DNA of 64,000 nucleotides from a bacterium. GTDB taxonomy: Bacteria; Zhuqueibacterota; Zhuqueibacteria; Residuimicrobiales; Krinioviventaceae. Location: contig CAXXMD010000002.1 in assembly GCA_963675755.2 (NCBI GenBank), positions 2,304,001 to 2,368,000 of the forward strand, written 5' to 3'. The position numbers and the translations under genes were made by a program. Under the pieces are notes generated by a model that worked only from the letters and a program-made list of their open reading frames with translations, searched no databases and was not told the DNA's origin. Position 1 is the first letter of the stretch, and each line of letters starts with the position of its first letter. Of this stretch, positions 56,586 through 64,000 are shown piece by piece.

Positions 56586-58064
56586 TTATATTTTCGTTTC
56601 AAATCTCTCTGTATGCACAAGGTTTCCATCCACATCATGATGTTCAAATATCAGCTTAATCAATCCTTTTTCACGATACACTTTACCCAGCAGATATCCG
56701 CCCTTGACGCGCAGGAAACGATGCTCTGGCATCAGGTCCTCTTGCTTCCAACCGCCTGCATGTATATCCGAACCGGCGCCTGTGCTGAATTCCCATAAAT
56801 TGGTATTGTCCCAGTGTGTCACATACTGCCAGTGCCGGTCACCATTGCAGATAAATACATTTTTTTGCGAATTGATAAAGTCGCGTATCTCATCACCCTC
56901 GTACTCGAACCCCTTGTTTGCATAATTGTCGTTCTTGTTCTCCCGGTCAGGCCCCAGAATGGGAGTAGCCGAGATCAAAAGTTTGTACGTTGCATCAGAC
57001 GCACGCATAGTTTTGAACAACCATTGTTTCTGCTCCTCACCCCAAATGGTCTTTTCAGGTCCATCAGGCATCTGGTTACTGCTTCTAAAATGCCGACCTT
57101 CCATAATCCAGATTTGCAGGTCTTTGCCCCAGCGAATGGTTTTATACAGGCTGTCATTGGTAGGGAATTGTTCTTTTTCAAAGATCTCCAGTCCCCGTTC
57201 AAAGGTCACGGTACCATAGGTTTGTCCCGCCCAGCAATCATTTTTCAAAGCATCATGATCATCTTTGATAAAATAGGTGGTAATTTGTCTGTAAAAATCT
57301 CTTTGATATGGCAGTGCAAACAACCGGTCCCATTTGAATCGCATCAAAGGTTCGGTCATGGCCCAGGGATCGGGTTTATCATAATATTCAATATCTCCGG
57401 TATGGACATAAAAATCAGGACGGTTCCTGAGCATTGCCGGATAGATCTTGTGGCCATTTTTCGGATCATCACGACGAATATAATCATGACAGGTCACAAT
57501 TGTGAATGTAATATCCTGTATGGTTTCAGTTGCAGGTGGTGTTTTAAAGGTACCGCGAATGGTGTCCGAAATTGCAGACGAAGCATTCTTGCGGGCATAT
57601 AGTGTTATATCATACAAAGTATTTGCATTCAGATCGTCAAGCTGCCACTGGTGGGTGTAATTCTTGCTGGTATCCACCGCAACCCAATCACTCTCTACAA
57701 TCTCACTGCTTCCGTAGGGCTTATAAACCATCTTGACTTGTCCAGGTGCTCCGGGGCATGCGCCTTCCATATCATCCAATGTCAGTCCTTTGGGGATCTG
57801 GGCATTGTGCATGGTATCCTGGCCTGCCATACGGCTCAGCAGTCTCTGCTGGTCTCTGGTCAGTGAAATAAAAGGCTCACCATTATAATTCATATCAGGA
57901 TTTTTTGTCAAACGTGTCCAGATCACGATTGAATGCTGGTCCGCCCAGCCATTATGGAATCCATTCCCAAAATACGGGCCGGTATCAACATTACTTTTTG
58001 TACATGAAATCCCGGCAATAACCAACAGAACGCCAGCAAGCCAAATCCAGCGCAGACCTTTCAT
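56586..58064 (-). CDS. PhoD-like alkaline phosphatase / metallophosphatase lipoprotein
   Basis: Lipobox GISC; IVIWTR, HTGDIEYYD, KDDHD, GEEQKQWL and GDRHWQY. Confidence 0.85.
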   Translation of the reverse strand: MKGLRWIWLAGVLLVIAGISCTKSNVDTGPYFGNGFHNGWADQHSIVIWTRLTKNPDMNYNGEPFISLTRDQQRLLSRMAGQDTMHNAQIPKGLTLDDMEGACPGAPGQVKMVYKPYGSSEIVESDWVAVDTSKNYTHQWQLDDLNANTLYDITLYARKNASSAISDTIRGTFKTPPATETIQDITFTIVTCHDYIRRDDPKNGHKIYPAMLRNRPDFYVHTGDIEYYDKPDPWAMTEPLMRFKWDRLFALPYQRDFYRQITTYFIKDDHDALKNDCWAGQTYGTVTFERGLEIFEKEQFPTNDSLYKTIRWGKDLQIWIMEGRHFRSSNQMPDGPEKTIWGEEQKQWLFKTMRASDATYKLLISATPILGPDRENKNDNYANKGFEYEGDEIRDFINSQKNVFICNGDRHWQYVTHWDNTNLWEFSTGAGSDIHAGGWKQEDLMPEHRFLRVKGGYLLGKVYREKGLIKLIFEHHDVDGNLVHTERFETKI

Positions 58065-58218
58065 ACAACCTCCTGATATATAAAAATTTTGCTATTCAAT
58101 CCATATATTACCAAAGTAGAAAAATATATCATAAAATCAATATAATTATCATTATTGGACAATTCCTTACAATCCAAATAGATTTTATGGCAATTATTCA
58201 ATCTATGGCAGTCTTTGC

Positions 58219-58247
58219 TTGACATTTTCAACCAGATCAATTATTTT
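58219..58247 (+). promoter_or_regulatory. Putative sigma70 promoter for the PqaA-like gene
   Basis: TTGACA-17 bp-TATTTT. Confidence 0.5.
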
Positions 58248-58321
58248 AATTGGCTGTAAAATCCATTAAAAAAAATTCTTTCATTTGTCACATTTCATTC
58301 TCATCAGACCCGGGAGTTACT

Positions 58322-59764
58322 ATGAAGCGTTCAAGAGTTATAAAGTCCATGCTCTTCCTGGCATTGGCGGTTCAAATCACACTGTTCAATGGATGCACTT
58401 TAAATCAGCAAAAAGCTGTCAAAGCCAATCCAATGAAGCAGTACGCTGCAGATACCAAATCAGAATACTCTTATGAATTTTACAAAACCATAGAGGGAGA
58501 TGGTTATACCACTCACATTCTACGCATGGTATCGGGACAGTGGTTGTCTACCAAAGAAGTAAAAGATCCTGAATGGTGGCACTGGGTAAAAATCGTAGTA
58601 CCGGATTCTCTGGCAAGTGATATCAGCCTGCTGTTTATCAGCGGTGGTGACCGGGATCCTGAAGAGCCGGGTGACGCGGACAAGATCATTCGCGCGGCAG
58701 CAATCAATACCGGTGCGTTGGCAATTTACCTGCACAATGTTCCAAACCAAAAAACCAACTTTGTGGGCGACGATTATGGTCCACGCGTTGAAGATGAGCT
58801 CATAGCTTATGGCTGGCGGAAATTTCTTGAAGCTGGTGGCGGAGATGAAAGTCTTGAATGGCTGGCACGCTTACCCATGTCACGCGCCGCGGTACGCACA
58901 ATGGATACGGTAACCGAATACGCGCAAAAAGAATTAAATCACAAAACCGATAAATTTGTTGTAGCCGGTGCTTCAAAACGCGGATGGACTACCTGGGCAA
59001 CAGCCATTGCCGATGATCGCGTTGTAGCCATTGCACCGATTGTAATCGATGTGCTCAATGTTGTACCATCGTTCATGCATCACTGGCGCGCATATGGCGC
59101 CTGGTCTCCTGCTGTGGATGATTATGTACATGAACACATTATGGAATGGATGGGCTCTGTAGAATATCAAAAACTCTTGGATGCGGTTGATCCCTATTCT
59201 TATCGTGAACAACTTGATTTGCCCAAAATGATGATTAACGCATCTCAGGATGAATTCTTTTTACCGGATTCATGGCAGTTTTACTGGGATGATCTGGAAG
59301 GCGAAAAAAATATCCGTTACGTACCCAATACCGGTCACTCGCTCAAAGATACTGATGCAGCCAATACACTGGTCTCATTCTTTCACGACATTGTAACCAA
59401 TACACCCCGTCCGGTAATGGATTGGAAAGTCGTAGATGGTAAGATCCATGCGCAAACCGGCCCCAACTCTACACCTACTGCCGTTAAATTGTGGCAGGTG
59501 TATAATCCCGATGGCCGCGATTTCCGTAATCAGATGACCAACGTAAAATGGACTTCCACTGACATTCCAATTGCTCCCGATGGAAAATATGTTGCGAGTG
59601 TTGATATACCTGAAAAAGGCTGGAAAGGTTTTATGATAGAGTTTGAATTTGAGGGTGAAAAAGTGCCTATAAAACTGACCTCAGGCATTGTAGTCGTTCC
59701 GGATACATACCCCTTTTCAGATTATAAACCCGAAAAAACATTCGGCACCCCGTTGACAAAATAA
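58322..59764 (+). CDS. PqaA-family (PhoPQ-activated pathogenicity-related) alpha/beta-hydrolase lipoprotein
   Basis: WWHW, VPNQ, EDELIAY.W, RLPM, GASKRGWTTW, DEFFLPD and VPNTGH; ATG at 58322 after GGGAG; lipobox FNGC. Confidence 0.88.
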   Translation: MKRSRVIKSMLFLALAVQITLFNGCTLNQQKAVKANPMKQYAADTKSEYSYEFYKTIEGDGYTTHILRMVSGQWLSTKEVKDPEWWHWVKIVVPDSLASDISLLFISGGDRDPEEPGDADKIIRAAAINTGALAIYLHNVPNQKTNFVGDDYGPRVEDELIAYGWRKFLEAGGGDESLEWLARLPMSRAAVRTMDTVTEYAQKELNHKTDKFVVAGASKRGWTTWATAIADDRVVAIAPIVIDVLNVVPSFMHHWRAYGAWSPAVDDYVHEHIMEWMGSVEYQKLLDAVDPYSYREQLDLPKMMINASQDEFFLPDSWQFYWDDLEGEKNIRYVPNTGHSLKDTDAANTLVSFFHDIVTNTPRPVMDWKVVDGKIHAQTGPNSTPTAVKLWQVYNPDGRDFRNQMTNVKWTSTDIPIAPDGKYVASVDIPEKGWKGFMIEFEFEGEKVPIKLTSGIVVVPDTYPFSDYKPEKTFGTPLTK

Positions 59765-59775
59765 GAGTCTATACC

Positions 59776-59798
59776 CCCGGTTCCCTTTGGGAACCGGG
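59776..59798. terminator. Hairpin between convergent genes
   Basis: CCCGGTTCCC-TTT-GGGAACCGGG. Confidence 0.7.
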
Positions 59799-59808
59799 AG
59801 ATTATATC

Positions 59809-60297
59809 TTATAATACTTTTCTATTCAAATAATCGGTATAGTCTTTTAACATGGGCTTGTATGATTCGTGTATCAATTGTGAGGAAATCACAAAATCCG
59901 CAGTTGCCCGGTTACACGCAATGGGGATATTATAAACCACAGCAATTCTGAGCAAAGCCTTCACATCCACGTCATGGGGCTGTGGTTCCATAGGGTCCCA
60001 AAAGAATATCAAAACATCAATATTACCCTCTACAATCAAAGCACCCAGTTGTTGATCTCCACCCAACGGACCTGATTTTAATTTTATTATGGATTTTAAT
60101 GTCTCATTTTTTTCTTTCTGACCCAGTTTTTCTTTTTCAATTTTCTCTGTAATTACTTTTTCAATCATTTTGCCGGTTGTACCTGTGCAAATCAAATTGT
60201 GATCAAGCAATAATTGATAATTCCATTCAACCCATTCTACCAGATCTTTTTTGCGATTATCGTGAGCAACCAGTGCAATATTTTTTAATTTTTTCAT
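59809..60297 (-). CDS. mgsA: Methylglyoxal synthase
   Basis: IALVAHDNRK, TGTTG, SGPLGGDQQ, FFWDP..PQPHDVDVKALLR and NRATAD. Confidence 0.95.
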   Translation of the reverse strand: MKKLKNIALVAHDNRKKDLVEWVEWNYQLLLDHNLICTGTTGKMIEKVITEKIEKEKLGQKEKNETLKSIIKLKSGPLGGDQQLGALIVEGNIDVLIFFWDPMEPQPHDVDVKALLRIAVVYNIPIACNRATADFVISSQLIHESYKPMLKDYTDYLNRKVL

Positions 60298-60454
60298 ATT
60301 ATCCCTCTTGTTTCCTACATTCTTAATGATGATATTTCATTCATCTATTTATTGTTATAAATAGACTACAAAGACAGGAAACCGATCCGGTTTATTCCCA
60401 ATTTCAATGACACCCGTATTAACTATACGTTAATTTTATGGGTATTTTTTAAGC

Positions 60455-61885
60455 CTATGATGGCCTGTATTCCGGATTCATTTCAGTCGGCACAGGTGCT
60501 TTTATTCCTTTTCTCCAGTTTAACAACAACTGGTGCAGTTCTCTAACTTTATCAGGTTTCTTGTTAACAAGATTAATTTTCTCACCAATATCCGTTTTCA
60601 AATTGTACAATTCAAAGCCGCCATCTTCAAAATACTCGTGCAATTTCCAGTCACCCAATCGCACAACCGAGCCGGGACGGGTCCTGAATTTGGGATCACG
60701 GGTTTCGCATGGCTCACCCGGTTTAACATAAGCCTGCAAATAGATGGGAAAGTGCCAGAATAACGGTCGTTTTTCAATATTTACCTTTTTCAGTAAAAGC
60801 GGCATCAGACTCACACCATCCAAAATCTTGTTTTCCGGAACAGGTACACTTGCAGCCTCTAGAAAAGTTGGCATAAAATCGATTCCACTAACCGGCTCAT
60901 CGCAGCGAGTTCCGGGCTTGATTTTCTCCGGCCATTTGACAATCAGGGGTTCACGAATTCCCCCTTCATAATACGAGCCCTTACCTGCACGCAACGGCCA
61001 TTGCTTACTGGTTGCCCAAACGCCGCCATTGTCAGAGGTGAACAAAACCAGGGTATCTTTATCCAGTCCTTCATCTTTTAACGCTTTCATCACGCGTCCA
61101 ACACCTTCATCCATGCTCTTGATCATGGCGGCATACACAGCATGATGCTGCGCTTCGGTACCTTTTTTCGAATCAAAATAGGCCGCATACTCTGCCTTTG
61201 CCTGTAAAGGACTGTGAACCGTATAAAAAGCAAGATATAGAAAAAAGGGCACATCTTTGCTGTTTTGAATAAACCCAACAGCCTCTTTTGACAAGCGATC
61301 GGTAAGGTACTCACCCTCTTGCTCCTGCACGCAATTGGGATACTCGTATGGACTGTGATATCCCCGTTGGCCCGGAGAACCCCAGGGACCGCCAGCAATA
61401 TTGACATCAAATCCGTTTTGCAATGGATCATCACTAATGTGCCATTTGCCAACTGCACAGGTGCGGTATCCGTTTGATTTCAATATCTGTGCGATGGTCA
61501 AATTATTCTGTCGGATATGTAATGTGTTCTTGACCGGTATCAACATACGATCTTTGGATTCACCTCGCTCGGAAGACCCAACCGTATAAACATGATGCCT
61601 GGGTGTGTATTGCCCTGTCATACAGCTTGCCCGACTGGGAGCACAATTTGCCGCGGGAGCATAAGCCTGCGTAAACACCATACCTTCTGAGGCAAGCCGG
61701 TCTACATTCGGCGTTTCGTAATAGGTACTGCCCTGAAATCCCAGATCAGCCCAACCCAGGTCATCGATATTGATGTAAATTATATTGGGACGTTTAGTAC
61801 TGCCGCACCTTAAACCGGTGACAGCGCCGGCAAGCGCCAAAGTACCAATGGATTTCATAAAAGAACGTCGGTCCTGTTTTCCCAT
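60455..61885 (-). CDS. Tat-exported formylglycine-dependent sulfatase
   Basis: RRSFMK twin-arginine signal; PNII...DDLG; CAPSRAS..TG; GKWH; SDNG; GKGSYYEGGIR. Confidence 0.93.
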   Translation of the reverse strand: MGKQDRRSFMKSIGTLALAGAVTGLRCGSTKRPNIIYINIDDLGWADLGFQGSTYYETPNVDRLASEGMVFTQAYAPAANCAPSRASCMTGQYTPRHHVYTVGSSERGESKDRMLIPVKNTLHIRQNNLTIAQILKSNGYRTCAVGKWHISDDPLQNGFDVNIAGGPWGSPGQRGYHSPYEYPNCVQEQEGEYLTDRLSKEAVGFIQNSKDVPFFLYLAFYTVHSPLQAKAEYAAYFDSKKGTEAQHHAVYAAMIKSMDEGVGRVMKALKDEGLDKDTLVLFTSDNGGVWATSKQWPLRAGKGSYYEGGIREPLIVKWPEKIKPGTRCDEPVSGIDFMPTFLEAASVPVPENKILDGVSLMPLLLKKVNIEKRPLFWHFPIYLQAYVKPGEPCETRDPKFRTRPGSVVRLGDWKLHEYFEDGGFELYNLKTDIGEKINLVNKKPDKVRELHQLLLNWRKGIKAPVPTEMNPEYRPS

Positions 61886-61917
61886 ATACCTTCCTTTTCT
61901 ATTTTAGCTGATAATTG

Positions 61918-61946
61918 ATTATATAAAATCTAATGTTCATTGTCAA
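61918..61946 (-). promoter_or_regulatory. Consensus sigma70 promoter for the sulfatase
   Basis: Minus strand TTGACA (61946-61941), 17 bp, TATAAT (61923-61918). Confidence 0.75.
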
Positions 61947-61967
61947 CAAAGAGTATTAGAATTTATC

Positions 61968-61996
61968 TTGACATTATCCCTTTCATTCAATATCAT
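61968..61996 (+). promoter_or_regulatory. Putative sigma70 promoter for the deacetylase
   Basis: TTGACA-17 bp-TATCAT. Confidence 0.65.
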
Positions 61997-62026
61997 AATT
62001 TATCAGGGTAAATCAGGAGAATTCGA

Positions 62027-62848
62027 ATGAAAAATATCTACGTATTAACAATTCTACTCATCTTTACAGGATTCAATATGCTCATGGCCCAATATGAATC
62101 AAAAGGTAAACAAGCAGAGTCATCATACCCCTGGCCGGATGGGAAACGCTGTGCAGTGAGCTTTACATTTGATGATGCGCGCTTGAGTCAGGTAGACAAG
62201 GGTGTTGCGTTGCTTGACAAATTCAATGTAAAAGCAACCTTTTACATCTCACCGGGGAATTGTATGAAACGCATCGACATGTGGAAACAAACAGCCGCCA
62301 ACGGGCACGAGATTGGCAATCATACAGCAAGTCATCCCTGCTCCGGCAACCTGAGATTTTCCCGCAACAATGCGCTTGAAAATTATACTCCTGATATGAT
62401 TCATACAGAATTAACAGACGCAAACGACTTTATTAAAGAACAATTTGGCGTTACTCCAAAAAGCTTTGCATACCCGTGCGGACAAAAATTTACGGGAGTT
62501 GGCTCAGAATGCCAAAGCTATATCCCCATGATTTCTGAAATGTTTACCAGTGGCAGAGGCTGGCGAGATGCACATACAAACAATCCCTACATCTGTGATC
62601 TTGCACAATTGCTCGCAATGGAAAGCGATGGCAAATCCTTTGAGGAATTGAAAACCCTGATCGACACTGCCATAGAAGAAGGTACCTGGCTGATTTTTGC
62701 AGGTCATGAAATGGATACCGGTGGCAGACAAACCACGCAACTCAACAGTCTTGAACAGCTGTTCCAATATCTGGATGATATATCGGATAAAGTTTGGGTA
62801 GATACAGTTGGTAATATTGCGGATTATATTCAGATTCAAAGAAAATAA
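62027..62848 (+). CDS. Secreted polysaccharide deacetylase (NodB/CE4-like)
   Basis: SFTFDD, GHEIGNHTASH and SFAYPCG; signal peptide; AGGAG RBS. Confidence 0.88.
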   Translation: MKNIYVLTILLIFTGFNMLMAQYESKGKQAESSYPWPDGKRCAVSFTFDDARLSQVDKGVALLDKFNVKATFYISPGNCMKRIDMWKQTAANGHEIGNHTASHPCSGNLRFSRNNALENYTPDMIHTELTDANDFIKEQFGVTPKSFAYPCGQKFTGVGSECQSYIPMISEMFTSGRGWRDAHTNNPYICDLAQLLAMESDGKSFEELKTLIDTAIEEGTWLIFAGHEMDTGGRQTTQLNSLEQLFQYLDDISDKVWVDTVGNIADYIQIQRK

Positions 62849-62858
62849 TGATGTAAAA

Positions 62859-64000
62859 TCAACCCTGAAAATCTTTACGATTGATGACTTTGTACAGCTT
62901 GTCGTTACGACGGACTTTTTCAGTCATTTTCAATGTGGGAGCATCTCCCTTTTGTGCAGATTCTGCAGGGGCATCATTCACAAAAATGCTTTCCACAGTT
63001 GCTTCAACAATACCGGTTGTGGGACCGGTTATCATCAAAGCATCACCTATGTTAACATCGCCTGTTTCAATTAGAAATTCAGCTACACCCGCTTTGCTGA
63101 AATAGTGTTTAACATAACCCAGATACACCTTTTGCTGAGTAGCCCGGGATCCGTACGAAGCGCTCCACTCGTCCCAGTGTCTTCCCATATAATAACCGCC
63201 ATGCCAGAAACCACGATTAAAAACTTTTTCAAGCTGCTGTTCCCATTCAACAGCTTTTTCATGGTCAAATGTACCATTTTGTACATGGGCAACGGCTTCT
63301 TTATACGCTTTGGTAACCCGATAAACATATTCTTCGCGTCTGCCCCGGCCTTCTATCTTGAAAACTGATGCACCGGTTGCAACAAGCTGATCTACAAACC
63401 GGATTGTGCAAAGGTCCCGTGGAGACATGACATACTTGTTGTCAATTACCAGTTCTTCATCAGTGGTCTCGTCAATCACCCGGTAACTGCGGCGACAGGT
63501 CTGAAAGCAATCCCCGCGATTTGCCGAGTGCCCGGTATTGGCAAGGCTCATATAGCATTTGCCGGATACAGAAACACAAAGCGCGCCATGAACAAACAAT
63601 TCAATCTGGACCAGCTCACCCTTGGGGCCGCGTATATTTTCGTTTTGGATGGTATCCACTATATGTCTTACCTGCTCAACGGTAAGTTCACGGGCAAGCA
63701 CAATGACATCGGCGAATTGAGAATAGAACCGAACTTCTGCAACATTGGAAATGTTCAACTGGGTGGATAAATGTACTTCAATCCCTATTTCTCTTGCATA
63801 TTGAATAACTGCAATATCACTGGCAATAATGGCGGTTACTCCTGTTTCCAGAGCGCTTTTACACAGAGACCGCATATCGTCCAGCTCGTAATCATAGAGG
63901 ATGGTATTCAGGGCAAGATAGCTTTTGATATGATGTTTCTTACAAATTTCAGTTATTTTGGCAAGATCTTCAAGTTGAAAATTTTTTGCTGAACGCGCAC
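62859..64000 (-). CDS. Peptidase U32-family protein (TrhP/RlhA-like), 5' end beyond the window
   Basis: HLSTQ, VLAREL, FVHGALCVSVSGKC, NRGDCFQTCRR and FKIEGR. The frame stays open to the window edge (ARSAKNFQLEDL...). Confidence 0.92.
   Translation of the reverse strand, partial: ARSAKNFQLEDLAKITEICKKHHIKSYLALNTILYDYELDDMRSLCKSALETGVTAIIASDIAVIQYAREIGIEVHLSTQLNISNVAEVRFYSQFADVIVLARELTVEQVRHIVDTIQNENIRGPKGELVQIELFVHGALCVSVSGKCYMSLANTGHSANRGDCFQTCRRSYRVIDETTDEELVIDNKYVMSPRDLCTIRFVDQLVATGASVFKIEGRGRREEYVYRVTKAYKEAVAHVQNGTFDHEKAVEWEQQLEKVFNRGFWHGGYYMGRHWDEWSASYGSRATQQKVYLGYVKHYFSKAGVAEFLIETGDVNIGDALMITGPTTGIVEATVESIFVNDAPAESAQKGDAPTLKMTEKVRRNDKLYKVINRKDFQG

Noticed and set aside
56814-57602. 262 aa plus-strand ORF
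   Set aside because: Antisense shadow of the PhoD-like gene; its composition reflects reverse-complement codons.
1-64000. Prophage, IS element, integron, tRNA or rRNA
   Set aside because: No integrase, transposase or phage structural gene, and no recognisable tRNA or rRNA sequence by eye. The intergenic hairpins lack clear attC RYYYAAC/GTTRRRY boxes.

Overview
Ordinary-density chromosomal window from an AT-rich diderm bacterium. Its many secreted or lipoprotein carbohydrate-active enzymes (GH51, GH78, GH106, CE15, Asp-box sialidase-like protein, sulfatase, deacetylase, mutarotase) suggest an FCB-group/KSB1-like polysaccharide degrader; this taxonomy is inference only. I saw no rRNA, tRNA, CRISPR array or intact transposase/integrase. 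The most notable items: (1) a very AT-rich five-gene cluster (16016-19382, minus strand) encoding a small secreted Cys/Gly-rich protein, a LolA-like protein, an ectopic YidD with a signal-like N-terminus and two secreted TPR proteins with TM2/DUF5683-like tails, a candidate uncharacterised envelope assembly system; (2) a higA antitoxin whose higB partner survives only as a 'VDYH-stop' stub, with an RxxxxH HEPN-like gene in the toxin position; (3) several intergenic palindrome families with compensatory base changes; (4) an orphan soluble tandem-Cache/CheW protein; (5) a GNAT-C39 plus RimK-like ATP-grasp pair; (6) umuDC; (7) a galM split by a one-base indel in an A8 run. All product calls come from motif recognition by eye, not database searches.
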